Source: Utricularia gibba (taxonomy: Eukaryota > Plantae > Magnoliophyta). From it: a stretch of 64,000 nt of DNA. Shown here one piece after another: positions 49,797-63,658 of the stretch. Made by a program: the position numbers and the translations under genes. The DNA lies in the NCBI GenBank assembly GCA_002189035.1, contig NEEC01000017.1:2576392-2640391 (forward strand). Reading direction: 5' to 3'. The notes beneath the pieces are model-generated. The model saw nothing but the letters and a program-made list of their open reading frames with translations, had not been told where the DNA came from and made no database searches. Within the stretch, counting starts at the first letter, position 1. Each line of letters starts with the position of its first letter.

Positions 49797-51707
49797 TCAT
49801 CCTCTCTTTTGACCATCTGAACTTTCAGAGCTATCGTCGTACTCATAATCAGAGTCTGACTTGTCTTCCTTGCATTCGTGGTCACCTGCTTGATGGCATT
49901 CAGGATCTTTGTCTTCACTGTCTGAACTCTCTTCATTCTTGGAAATATTGTTCCCAAAAGAGGAGTCCACGTCTCTACGTTGGCTCAGGGTATTGACTCT
50001 TGATGACAATATGGGAACGAGGCGAGGTGGAATAGGGGCTTCGGGAGGCGCCATTGCCAAGAAACCAAGAGCAGCAGAGATATCAGCAATCAAGGGCCGA
50101 GCAAGTGGCTCCTCTTGTAGACACATGGCGGCAACTCCCACGGCTTGGTTCAAGCTCGTCAACACGAATTCGTTTCTGAGGAGCGGGTCGGCCATCCCCG
50201 GATAGCTTGAAGGATCCCTGAAAATGGGTTGTGCCTATTCATTCCATCATAGAAGTTAGATGAGCCGTGCCATGCCATGTTCATGTGCACAGCAGAAGAG
50301 ATGGACACCAACTTACCCAGCTCACTAAATTTTGCTCGTCTGCTTGACGCGAAGTGTCCACTGCTCTACGTCCAGTGATGATCTCCAACAGGATAACGCC
50401 AAAACTGTAAACATCTGATTTACATGTTGATTCCTCGTTCCTTTCATATTCCGGAGCGCAGTAGCCGTAACCTGCCACGTGCATTTTATTGCCTCCTTGA
50501 ACCAGCCTAGCGAGCCCGTATTCTGAAAGCCTGGGATTGTTGTCCTCATCCAACAAGACCGTGGAAGATTTCAAGTTGAGGTATATGAGAGGCGGGACAG
50601 CCTTCTCATGCAAGAACTCCAGTCCTTGAGCAATACCCAGAGCAATTTTCATTCTCGTAGACCAATCCAAGGGTTTTCTCCCTTCTGAAACGTCTGAAAT
50701 GGAAGAATACAATTTCTGCCATCTCTAGAAGACGTCGGAAACACAAGAAAATCTAGAGTGGGTTAGTACCATGAAGATGCTTCTTCAATGAACCACATGG
50801 CATGTAATCATAAACCAGCAGGCGTTGGTCTCCGTCTGCACAATAGCCGACTAGCTTCACCAGATTCGGATGCTCAAGAAGACTCAACTTCAAAACTTCA
50901 GCAACAAACTCCTTGCTCTCTTGCACTCCATTCCTATCTAGTTGTCGAATGGCGACGTTCTATTCGAAAAGCAGGGCGGAAAGAAACAAAACAATGATAT
51001 CACAACAAAGCCTACAAGGAAGCTCCTCAGAAAAAAAAAAGGCTTTTAGTCATTGTTACCTGCCCACCCGATTGAAGAGTTCCCTTAAACAGCCTTCCGA
51101 AACCACCTTCGCCCAATAGGTGTTCCTGTTTGAAGTTTTTTGTTGCAGCTGCAAGCTCTCGAAAAGTGTAGCTCTTTGTGGTACAACTTTCTCCTCCGCT
51201 CGTGTTGATGGATTCTACTGATGGATTTTCTACACTGCTCGTAGTTGCTGTGAACAACGAAGTACATGAAAGGGCTCAAATTTGGTGTTTGATATACATG
51301 TCCATTTAAATATGATGTTGAGAGCATCTGATAATCAGAATAGGTACGCTAAAGCTGCCTTCCTGTTTCCTATTATCTTTATGCTCTTTTTTTTTTTCTT
51401 TTAAATTTCCCCCATGAACCTAATGCTAAAACACATCCTCCAATTTCAATTCAGCATGCAAAATGTCTGTAGTCAATCCTATTTAAGAAATTGCAAATGG
51501 GGGTACATCATGTGCCAAACAAATCGAACAAGATAACAAGTGATCACGATAGTTTGTGTCTCACACAAAATTTTTTTAAAAAAAAAGAACTGGAAGGATG
51601 GTTGAATTACGAGGTGTTGATGGAGTAAGATTTACAGGTTGAGCAACAGGCAAATCGTCGCCCTCAGTGCTTTCTTCTTTACTTCCGAAACACGGGAAGC
51701 AATTCAT
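49797..51707 (-). CDS. RLCK-VII receptor-like cytoplasmic kinase, LIP1/LIP2-like; predicted pseudokinase, 5 exons
   Basis: N-terminal MNCFPCF; [12 protein letters not shown]...LGEGGFGR / NVAIRQLD...[22 protein letters not shown] / IYLNLKSST...LSEYGL...APEY...KSDVYSFG / [10 protein letters not shown]; acidic tail. The frame is intact across all junctions. Confidence 0.9.
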
Positions 51708-52843
51708 GTCGTCAGGCTTCCCTGAGAACCAGTGCTGAAAAGAATCACGAGCACATTCAGAAACATAAAGAAAAAACTTGGTTTTCTTTTCCGAACGTTG
51801 AAGGGGTCAGGGGACTTGTTCAGAGTCCAGCATCCAGCAATACAAGCCGGCGCCAGATCTTAATTGCATTTTCATGCGATTTGAGATGGAGGTCGGTTTG
51901 GTCATGGAACATGGACGCTGAGAAAGATGAATTGGAATGTGAGGATGCGGTGAAGGTCCTCAGGAGAATGAAGGACCCCTAAAGATGGATAGGAGAGAAA
52001 TGGTATGGGGCCATTTGAGGGAGAAGGAAGATGCGTTTGTGTTATGAGCCCGGGCGGAATAAAAGGAGCAAGTTTTTGGATGGAGTGGAGTTTTTGTTAT
52101 CTTCCTAAATATAAAAAGTCATGGAAACATCGTTGGTGGCCAAATAAGTATCTTCAAATTGATTAACTGCAAGGTTGCATGATTTGTGGCAACGCAACTG
52201 GCATGAGTGTGTGACAAGTGAATCAAAATACAGTGTGTTAAACTTTCAAAATAAACACCCATTGTATGTGTATGTATGTATGTATTCACATGTGGTGTTG
52301 TCTATTAGATGGGATGGAATGGCAAAAATATCAATTTGATATATATTTTTCTCGTGGTCCAAACCCTGTCCTAGTCTCATATTTGCAATGCAGTCCAATT
52401 CAAGGGTTAAAACTTACCCTCAACCTTTGCTATTATTATGGACACAACATTCGTTTTTTTAATACAACAAAATAATAGCTTGTGAAATCAATTACAAATG
52501 AAAATAAAACACAACATATTTTAACATTTATATCAATCAATTCACGAGAAGCTCGCCAACAAAAATGATTTATTATATCGATGAAGCAAAAAACCCATTC
52601 CCATTGATTTCAGTTTTTATCTCACTAGTCACTTGTACGGAGAGGGGGAAGAGAACCTTTTTACAAAGCATTGGAGGAGAAGGATCCTAGTATACAATGA
52701 AACAGGGTAGGCTGGCTATACACAGAGTTGCAGCAGCTCTTCGATACGAAGGCTGCATAAAACACCCATCCAGGCTAGGCTAGGCTAGGCTACAAATCAA
52801 GAACTCGATAATCTTGGTAACAAGATATCTGATGAAACATCAG

Positions 52844-55815
52844 TTAAGCGAGAAAAATAGACGTAAATGCCCCCATCGCATCACTCACTTGAGCAGCTTC
52901 AGCAATTCGAAGAGCCATTAATGCCTTGTACGTAATTAAATCTGCATTTACCGTCAAATTCTGAGCCTTTTGACGATGCACAATAGCCAGTTCTTCTAAC
53001 ACATCTGCAACAACCGCAGCATCATCAACTTTTCTAGCAACGGTCTGCAGTTCCGTAGCCTCTCGCTCCCCTGAGATCTCTGCAGAGCAGGGTGCCCAAA
53101 TTTTAAAGATAACAGCTTTATGTACTAAAAAGTAACACACATCAGGGCGGTCCTGTAGTACAAAATCATCCTTTGAAAAGGCAAGCATTGTTCCACGAAG
53201 AAAATATCTATACAGCAAAAAAAAAAAACAAGATGGAAAATTGTACGACTTGTAAGGGCTAAAAGTGCCACATTAATATTGCGGTATGGTTTGCGTACGG
53301 ATATTGCAAAAAAAGAGAAAAAAGCACCTTGCAACAGAGAAATCTGTTTGTCGCTCACTCTAGGATTTCCTTGTCGTTTGAATGATCTTTTCTTCCGCAA
53401 AATTGACTTGGGGATAACTTGGCTTCTTCTAGGCTGGTGCAGCTGCCAGATTTATATGAAATTTGAGGAAATAAGCCATCACAAGATAATTAATAATCTG
53501 AAGGACTACTACTATATGATTCAATAACTAGAAGCGAAATACATATTGCTCGCTAATGCCTGCATTTGATTTGTTAAAAATTATCACCGCTCAAAGGACC
53601 ACAATTTTTTTATTCAGAAAGATGAATCTCATTAACCAAGAAAGGAAGCTACCAGGATAGTACTTGGTGAATAAACAAGATAAATATCCTTTTTATGATC
53701 ATGAAAAAGAAGCATATGCAAAAAGCTACTTCACCTGAAAAACCCTTATCAAAGCTGCTCGTCTTTGCTTTCTTTTTTGGATCCAATAATTTCTTATTGC
53801 CTTGAAAACCTCATCATTTGCGACATGTTCACAGAACTCATAGCCAGTTTGCTCACCAAAATTCTCATCTGGATTGCAATGAAAACCTTTTTCAAGAGCA
53901 TTAATTACTAATTCAAAAGTATCAGGTGTGACCATTTCTTGCGGAACTTTTCCTGCACACAATTCGCCATTCAGTTTTGCAAGCCACTTTTCATCATCAG
54001 AATCCATATCATAGTTTCCATACTTATTTTCCAGAGCCCTAGATAGCTCATCATTTTTTGTGGTGATATATGAATCCGGTCTCACAAAGGGCACACAATA
54101 GGAGTGATTAGGATATGGTACATCTTGGACCCGAGGAATAGGAATGACAATAGCTGCATGAAATACGTTGTTGCGCTCAAAGCACTGCTTGTAGAGTTCC
54201 TTAAAAATCATCCAATCTTTCTTAGAAGGAAATTCAAGCTTCCAATCACCAGTTTCACCCCATACTACTGAATGAGTAAAACGGTTAGAACTAGATGGCT
54301 TCATCACTTTCTGAGCTATCAGGGAGTAACACCTTGATCTGTCCTTTTTAATAGCTAGAAAGCAATATGAAATAGTTGATTCCAACGAAATTGTAACCCC
54401 TTTCTCCCTGTAACATTTATCAGTTTCAGTGACCAGAAGTGTTGCAGAGCAGACAGGAGTGCTTTCACTCTGAGTTGCCATTTGAGAAGCATATTGTGCC
54501 TCTTTAACGTTTTCTATTGAACTCTTCGTATCTGGTCTTTCAATAATACACATTGCAGGAAATTCTGATGATACTGATTTGCCCTTCCTACGCGCCAGAC
54601 AGCTTCTTCTTTTTTGGATTCTTTGACTTTGCATACTTCGAATAATGGTATTGGATAACCCAGCAGCTGGCTGAGAGGACTTCCACCTCTCCAAATAATC
54701 ATTTCCAGGTGTTACATATTCACTTCTAAGAAACATTCTTCCAGAAGATATTTCGGATGATACAGCAGCATACTCCTGGAAATCATTCCAGGAAGTTCTA
54801 CACGAAGTTTCTTCAATATCCCCAGCGAGTAAGTCTAAGGGTTCCTCATGTTTATGCGATAAAACCAAGCAAGTCAAATGGGCACACCTTAAGTGCATAG
54901 TTGTTTGCATGTGCATAAATAAGGATGGAATTGCAGGGAAAGTTAAATATAATAATGGTATAGACGATCTGCATCCAGAGATTATGCAAACTCCAGGCTT
55001 CCTGGAAATAAAAGCATCCTGCATAGCATGTCAAATAGAAGTAAGCTATAAAAAAAAAATGTTATTAAGGCAGAAAAAAACGAGAAACCACGTCAGCTCC
55101 AACAAAGCAGAACTCGAATGATGAAGTTTAAAGACCAAAAATGGTGGAACATAGTTGGGCTAGTTTACCTGGAAGAAAAACACTCCAAGTGAGGAATAAA
55201 CACTAAATAGTGGTTTTGTTTGCAGAAGTGTATACACTCGCCTTATTCCAATCCTAACCCGCGTAATGTAATCAAGCATGGAAAGTAGAAGACTTGACAC
55301 CCAGTGGCTAAAATCACGAGATGGCTGATGTATGGAAATACCGAGTTCACCACACATATGGACAGAATCCATCAAACGTCTACACATTCCAAATGATTCG
55401 ATGGCCCTACTTCTTTTCTTCCATCCTCTTCTAACAAATTTTCTCCCAAACCTTGAATCTTCTGATAGGGCATGGCTTGCCAAATCCATGATTTTTCGCT
55501 TCCTACTGTAAACAAGTCCAAACTTCTTGTCAATACCTGTATCCATTTCAGCAGGTATACACTCTTCCCTTATAGTTTCAAGAGGAAGTCTAGCCGAAAT
55601 GTTATTCTCAAATTCATGCCAGTCGTCCACCCCATGAGCACCAACATCTTCACGTTTATCTGCCCACTGCTTTAGAAGTTCTGCACATTTATTGTCACCG
55701 TGAACAGCCCTCCATGTTTGTTATTGCCATACGGTTCCATCCACAACCGCCTCCCAGAACGCAAAACCCTTGCCTCCAAAACCCTCGTCCTCCTCCTCAT
55801 TCCCACGGACGGCAT
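52844..55815 (-). CDS. Enhancer of polycomb-like protein (NuA4-type); one apparent 1-nt deletion in exon 1
   Basis: MPSVGMRRRTRV...ARVLRSGRRLW, FGLVYSRKR, CSATLLVTETDKCYREKG, WKLEFPSKKDWMIFKELYKQC, IPIPRV, YDMDSDDEKWL, FELVINALEK (EPL1 domain). Confidence 0.88.
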
Positions 55816-56371
55816 GGGGTCGGATTGGCTGACGCAATTTCTTCACAGTCCTATGTGGTTTTATGGAAACATTATCGGCAAAGGCGCAAGAAAGACGAAT
55901 GGAGGATGAACAACGGATATCCTTCAAGCCGACCAAAAAAAAAAAAAGTACTAGTGTGAGGTGCAATGACTAAAATCAGAAGCAGCAACACAGTTTAACA
56001 ATCCAGACCACGAAGTTGCACAAACCTGATGTGCGAACCAAATGAATAAGAAGTATAAGCAAGCAACACTGCAAAGGCGAAAGCAGTATCAGTGAAAACT
56101 GCAGCCATTAAAGAAACCGACGCAACCCATAGAGATCGGATACACCGGGCACCCAAGTATTCTAAACAATTTTGCGCCACACCTACCACGACGAAGAAAT
56201 CGGTAGAATTAATCATCAAATTGCTGGCATATATACAGCATCTGAAAGAAAACCCCGTAGGCTCGACAGAAGAACCAAATCAGCTTGAATTATCTTCCTT
56301 GTTAGGTTTCGATTTTTTCCGTTCAACGATGTCCATGACGGTGGCTGCAGTAACACTGGGGAAATAAGCAC

Positions 56372-56379
56372 TAGGGTTT
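56372..56379. promoter_or_regulatory. Telo-box (AAACCCTA) upstream of the EPL gene
   Basis: TAGGGTTT on +, in the 5' region of the minus-strand gene. Function is inferred from known plant telo-box usage. Confidence 0.45.
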
Positions 56380-56919
56380 ATGAGCACCGTTGGTAATGGC
56401 CTGACTCGGGCGACGCATTCGGTTTAAGAAAGGACGGACCGCTGTGGTTTGTTTAAGTCAAGTCATCTGATTATTGATGTTGCTCTCTAGCCGCATATAG
56501 ACTTTTATTTCTTAAAAACTCTTAAAAATAATAAAATTATTTACTTTGATATAAAGCCCCAACATAAAAATCATTAATACGTTAGACAAAATTAACTAAA
56601 AATAATATGAGCATATTCGTCCATATATTTTTTGGTTGTGGCCGTGGGGGTTAACAAATTGTTTGAAACAAAGAGATCAAAGAAATGCATTACACTCTTA
56701 CCATATAAATATATAATTATATATTAAATACTCAGGATTTTTGAGATTCAACGTAATGAATTACATTAATTTTACGCGTTCAATTTAACTGAAATAAAAG
56801 GAAAAAATAACTTCTTCCAAATAACTGCACCATAGCACCATTGCAATTGTTGGAGCAAACCAAGCAATGGACATGATCCGATAGCACAATCTCTCGTGCA
56901 GGCTGGCTTCTTGCATCCA

Positions 56920-59900
56920 CTATCCGTTAAATGACTCCTCGAGTGTGCTTGGGGTTGATTTCTCCTGCACCTGATACAAATACCTTAGCATGCTTTTGGC
57001 ATTTTTATTTTGCACCTTATCCGAAAAATCATGTTGGTTCACAAGTCGAGAGGTACTCCCAGAACCAAAAGAGCTAACCTTGTTCCTCTCACGCCATCCA
57101 ATCCCAAATGGTAGCAAGCTAATCTTCCCAGTTGAAATTTCTGGTGACGCATCTTGACCGGTTTGATGCGTCAATCTACGTAAAAAAACTAACTCAGACG
57201 ACTATATGTGGCATTAGACAGTTGTTACTGCAGCAGAGAAACCATGAGATAATTTTGAAGAGCAGAAATTGAAGCCATGAACTCGCAAAGGCAATTAGTT
57301 GCAACTTCTGGCAAAGCCTGGACTGTTGCCTATCTAATTTTGTAATCAGTGTTCCAAGCACAGGTGTAGAAAATCTTTAAAATTCATGGAAAATATCGAT
57401 CAAAGTTCAACAATACCGAGGTGATTGGTGAGCTTTGGTTTGACCAGATTGGTAGTTCAAGGTAGCTTCCAGCATAGACTCGGCCATAACAGCCCTATTT
57501 TCCATCTCAGCAAGGGCAGTCATTGCTTCTTCATATTTTTCCTGTAAGTTTGAAGCAACATTTCAACCAAAATCAAACATGATTTTCGTTATTCGCTAGG
57601 GAGGTTTACTAAACTGAGATATAAAAATCTAAGTGACTCGTAAAAAACTACACCCTTCTTTTTTTTTTTCCCAAATATCATATCGACAAATCCATCAGCA
57701 ACAAATATCAGTGCTCCAATCTGTGAAGTGCATTCACACGAGAAAAACATAAGATGCAGTAAAAGAAACCTGGAGCACTTGAGCAGCATATCTCTGCGCA
57801 GTAGCATCCTGCTCAGCATAGAGACGAGCATCCTCTGTCACTTTTTGTTCTTGTTCCACCCTCATTAATATCTGATGAGAAAATAAGAAGTGAATAAATT
57901 TAAAAAGCAAGAGGATGAACTATAAATACTATGATCTAACCAACACACCTGAAGCATGACATTCTCTTGTTCATGCTTATCAACAAGGGCTTGCTGTAGC
58001 TCAGAAATCTCTCTTTCCAACTGTTCAACCTAGATGTAAACAAAAAATTCTATAGCAGAAAAAAAAAACTAAATGTAGAAAACATCTCTTTCAAGCGTCA
58101 TGATTAGTCATGATAAAGCATATTGCAATTAGATTCTCTTAAAAAAACAACGACAGTTCCATTCTCCACCCGACCCCTAATTTCGAAGGGAGATTGGAAG
58201 TGCACCGTATGAATATTTGGAGAACAACAAGCAAAAAAAAATATTTTAAGAAGAATGAACCGTATGATAGATCTTCAAGATCCATTATTTGGTCATTTCA
58301 ATCCAGTATATTCAGATGGCATTCCTTGAAAATCTAACTACTAGATGTGAATGAAACAGGAGGAAAAAAATGCAAATTCAGTTAAATGGGTTTTTATACC
58401 CTTGCACTCAATTCTCGTCGATTGTCCAGCTTAACCATTTCCACCAGTGCTGTCTCAAGCTCTTCTGCTCTGAAGCGTGATTACCCATTAGCATACTCAT
58501 ATTCCAGAAAGATGTTTCACCGTACTCTTGTAGTGTCAAAAGGTACTAATAACCATGGAACATTCACTTTATTCTCAAAAGACAAAAAAACAAGAAATGA
58601 AACCCCCCGTCTGATCAAGGAGTTAGTTTCCAAATTTGCTAACTCCTGAAGTTGCAGAGAAGGTACGGAAATAAGCACTACATCACTAAAATAGTGTTGG
58701 GAACAATTTTTGGAAGCAGAATGGCAAGAGAAAGAGGAGAAAAGAGAAAGCAGAATTAGAAATTAGAAGTGAAAGAGAAATGAAAGGAAAAGTGTTCTTG
58801 AAAAGTAGTCTTTCTACTTTTAAAAATAAGAAATAGGAAGTAAAATGAGTTCAGAGCCTAGCTCAAGTTAACGGAAGAAATCAATTCCAAAGGGGCGAAA
58901 TGGATTGGAACTCAAAACAGCATGAAAGAGTTTTATCACCTGAGCTCAGCAGACCGCTTTTCCTCCATCAGCCTGCACAGCTCACCCTTCAGCCACAACA
59001 CCTGATCAAGGACTTTGGAATCACATTGGAACAGTACAGCTTTCACAATCTCACAATTTACATGGTACCAAAAGCAAAGGAACATTCTGAATACAATTTT
59101 TTAGTGCACAACATTATTGGCGCTTTAATACAGTATTTTTGAAGTTCTCTAGCTGCAGGAACTGGCTCATTTGATTAAAAAAATAGCGAAATTTACTCCA
59201 TATGTAACTAGACCTTAGTATAATTTCACCAGATCTATACAAACTTATCATAATTGCCCCATAGTACCCAAACTTGGTTTCTCACATCTGCTGTGATTTC
59301 AGAGCCCCTGACAGCATTCCCATATTAACCCCCTTTTCCCACACGCCCATGGGAGAAAAAAATGCTCTTAAATCAAACCAAATATGAAAAGAACAGAGTT
59401 TAGGTAGAAGAGAGTAAATATGAATGTTTCAGGTAATATGGAGTAACTTTCCCTAAAAAATATAGTGAATTTTTACCTGGCCTTCAAGGTCTTTCACAGG
59501 TTCAACCTCAGCATTGCCATTCGAGCTCATAAATGCATTCCTATCAGTCAATGAATCATCCACGCATGAAACATTACAATTTGTCTGAGCGTGCTTTCTA
59601 TCCTCTTTATCATTGTCCGCCACATTGAAACCAGGATGCTTCTTGAAGCAGTATAACTTGGATGCCAGACTCTGAGAATCCTTCCAAGTTCCTAGTCCTT
59701 TGGACCTCTCCTCCAACGCATCCCTGACTGCTGGTCGGTGTTTATCTCTAAGTTCATGTAATCTTTTCTCATGGACGTTTGGATAACCCATACACGCAGT
59801 CAAAACAAGTTGGCTACTATCAAAAGTCGAGCCAGCTAGTGACTGAAGTAGAGTTACTGCATCTCCAGCATCCTTGGTGGTTACAAGCGCAGGTCCTGAA

Positions 59901-62732
59901 GAAAGCTGAATAGAAATAAGTATCATCCAGCAGAAAAGGCCAATGAAGCTTCAACTGAGGACAAGGGAAGTCCAGATGCAGCAAGTACTGCCGTGCTACG
60001 CTTTACCATATAGTTCCATCAAAGCAAGTGCTGTCCGAAAAAGCATCACCCGATTTCCCTCAAAGAGAAGAACATCCCAAACCCTGAGAACTGGATGCAT
60101 GGCATATCATATGAGGCCCACACAAATTTGGTTTCAGTAAGCCTCCAACTTTCCCATGAATGGGAAAGAAAAGTTTAAAGAATGATGAATCAGATTAAGA
60201 ATCTCACCACTTTCCCAAGGAAGCATATTCATAAATATTGTCAAGAACCATGGCCCAGTGACCCAGGCCACCTGCACTCCCAAGTAATCCAGATGATTTA
60301 CTGCATAAAACAAAAAAAATTATGGAGAACCCCAAAGTATACTGAAGTACGTTCTACCATGGAGCATGAGGGAGAAGATGCTATAGGAAAACAAACCCAA
60401 TTTAGGAAATCTTTCTCGCACCAAATCCTCAAGTACAAGCTGATCAACCTGCCAGGAGAAAATACCAGACGCAAATGAGCATCAATGATGTGTCTATCTA
60501 ATAGAAGAAACAGAAAATTGGGGGCAATATGCCACGGAAAATCCACATGATACCTGAAATTCTATCATTTCTTCAGAAAAATACCCATCAAAATAATAAT
60601 CAAGAATACCTAATAGTGACCTGAAATATGACAATTTCATTTGCTAATTAAATACATAATATATTAAAAAGTGCATATTTTCAAGATTCAACCCACCAAA
60701 ATGCATTTTCTTCTGGCATCAGAAGCAACAACAAACCTGCAAAGAAATTCATGGCCTGCATAGAAAAAATAATGATGAGGGTAGTTGTAAGTAGAAGCGT
60801 CAAATAAATCACTACAGATATTGAGCATTGAATATAGTTTGAAAGAGCAAGCAGGCCTAAAACCTGCCTGTTAATTGTCTGGTACGCACCTGGCAGTAGC
60901 CAACCATGGGATTATGGCGTGCATATGCTGTAAGTAAGCGCCTCAATGCATTTCTTCCATTTTCATCCAAAGCAGGATGGCCAGGAAATGTTCGAGGTAA
61001 ATCCTTTAGCAAAATACATGCACTTGGAGATTTCAAATCAATGGAATTTAGGTGGCTGAAGCATACTTTCTAATTTCGAAACTATAGAACAACAACCTTC
61101 TCTATTTGGAGCCTCCACTTTTCAGGCGCACCAGCCACTTGCTTTTCTGGGTTTGATTTCAGTTTATTCACCTCATCGTCCATATTCTCTACATCCATAT
61201 CTGGAATGAGCAAATTTTGATAGTACTTTTCTACTCGATGTGCTCTAACACCAATAAAGGCTTGCCAGATCTGTCATTATAAGCATGCATAGTAAATAAT
61301 GTACACAGAATGAGGAAGGGACATACAAAAAATGGTCAACATGTCCTTGCCTCTCCCCTTAGTGCCATTGGGACACCACCTTGAACAAGACATTCCAATT
61401 CCTCCATCCAAGCAAGTTGTGTATCTAGCTTGGTAGAATGAATAGCAGCTATTGATGTTGCAGCTTGAATATTATCTCCAGGAGACATGTCTTGAACATC
61501 TGATTCTGATTTCTCCAAATCATAGAACTCTTCCTCAGAGTCATCTTCTGATGCTCCTTTCCCATGTCTAGAATCCAGAGTGGGAAGAAGTTCCTTTCTA
61601 GTAGCAGAATTTGGCTTGTTCTTTGCTACACTTGGCCTCCTCATATTTGAGCTTACCATCTCCTCTATAGCATGCAGCGGAGGCCTGATTTCAGACCATA
61701 TGTGCACTTGATTTTTTTCATCTGCCAACCAAGGATGATCTCCTTTGCTCAGATGCTTGGCCTGGGGCTTTTCCCCATCTAATTCATCAGTACGAACTGC
61801 AAGTTGTCGAAAATCCCGTTTTTCTTATATTTTGAATTTAAAAGAAACCCTCTTTATGGATCTAGTAATTCCAACGATTTACCTGCAGAAATCTGAGCAG
61901 AACCAGATTGCCTTCCCAGGAAATCCTTCCACCTATCTGACCTCTCCTCCTCTTCTTCCTAAAAGCAGACAAGACATTGCTTTTACAGGGCATGGTCGGG
62001 AAAACAGATAAGCAACACTCAAGATCTTCGTTTGTTGTAGGTAGTAATATCAAATTCAAAAGCGGCGAAGGGATGCTTAGTGAGTTAAAAACCTTGTAGA
62101 TACTAGCATACTCCTTGTATCTATGCAAATGCTGGGGTCTGATCGCAAATCCATAAACGTCCCTGTTAATCCAAGTTCCCATGTTCAGTGGAGGACTAAA
62201 TTAAAAAACTAATCACATCTCTAGCCTGGTAAATTTTATTTCATTGAACGGCAAGCCGGACAAAAATATCAAGAGGAGACAAATGGAAGAAAGAAAAAAT
62301 ACGCATCGTAGATAACTTTTTAGGTTTCCCTCAATAAGCAACTCTTACATAGATGATACTTATCTCAGTAAAAAATGTTCGGGTTTGACATATTTTGAGA
62401 GGAATAGAGTTTTTTATCCCAAATCTTTACAAAACAGACAACGGCAGTATCCTGCTCACCGGAAGAACACAGTATAGAAAGACTCGAGAACATCGTCAAA
62501 ATTGTAACAATAATTCACCAATTCCAACCTTCAGTACAACATCGGAAAATCCTTGGACATTACGGTGAGAGGTCAAGATGCAAGATGCAAAATGCTAGAA
62601 ACTACGAATGAATTATCATCAGCAGACACATGGAACAAGAAATAACTGGCGGTACCGTTTGTAGTCAAAAGAAACACCCGGAGTTTGACTAATCACATCG
62701 GTTGCCGCCTTCGCTGCTCCTTTAGCCTTCAT
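56920..62732 (-). CDS. TBC-domain (Ypt/Rab) GTPase-activating protein with C-terminal coiled coil, multi-exon
   Basis: Exon 1 MKAK...SFDYKR (62732-62656) / DVYGFAIRPQHLHRYKEY / EEEEERSDRW / GGVPMALRGE / IWQAF...QIEK / DLPRTFPGHP, SVGYCQ / AMNFFAGLLL, DVLLFEG; ends ...SFNG*. Not every internal junction was checked. Confidence 0.92.
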
Positions 62733-63658
62733 TTTCGGAAACAGGCAGATCACGAGAGACAAGTTCCGTTGCTATTTTGATAGGCCCGATCTATTTCCAG
62801 GAGTCCGCCGGGACTTTCTGCAGCAGGATATTATACCAAGGGCTAATAATGCGCAAGTGTGTTCTTGATGCCCGGCTTCTCATTTTCACAGTAAATAAAC
62901 AGCTTCAGTTTCAGAGTCGTGGGAGACCGCCATCATCATCACGTGGAGAGTGGGACTGGAGGTTTTTTTTTTTTTTTTGAGAAGATTTTACCTGTCAAAC
63001 CGCGATCTCAAATATGATTTAGGGCTCGGTGGTGATTGGTGAATGACGTGCAGTGTGTTCATAATGGGACAACTAAGATGTTTTGTAGAATACATAACCG
63101 GTAACTTTAAATGCTAATTTGGTAGAGTAATGTGGATTTGGAGATTATATGAATGATTTGAGTTTGAAAATTAAAATATGTTTTATGGTGTTTAAAACTT
63201 CTTGATTGCATTTTTCATCAACACCTTAGAGATTGGTCAATGTCGTCTTGGTGTATGTAGGAAACTAACGAATATGAATCCTGTACTTATCACTAATTTT
63301 AATATCCTTTATCATGATCCACTACCTGTACTCTATTCAGTAGTCCATGGTGGACTACCAATATGTCGGTGGACTCATCTTAAGACTGTCTGCCAAGTTC
63401 TGTAACCTCACACGCTCTAGCTAATGACATATGCAAGAAAGAGGATAATTTTATTTATCATGAAAATGCAAAGTTCACTAATAGAAAGCATGTGCATGTC
63501 CAAAGCCAAAAACTAGGAAGTACGCAAATGCCACCGACGAAACCCTCCCATCATTGTCCAAAAGCCATCCCTCCCTCTAGTGCTTTCTTCATCACTCAAA
63601 CCAACAATGATAACAAACATCTTGCTATCGACCTCATATTCCACACATAAAGGATAGG

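Noticed and set aside
5950-55716. Programmed ribosomal frameshifting or insertional RNA editing as the cause of the frame breaks
   Set aside because: Unrelated nuclear genes, no shared slippery or stimulatory motif, all in the same direction and mostly in homopolymers; sequencing error is far simpler.
62180-62182. ORF-track ATG as start of the TBC gene
   Set aside because: It lies in intron 1; an upstream exon MKAK...FDYKR splices in frame at the AG at 62164-62163.
63200-63410. Subtelomeric ORF or transposon remnant
   Set aside because: Only a vague KYRIHIR similarity to RPA-like/Helitron proteins, interrupted by stops; not supportable.
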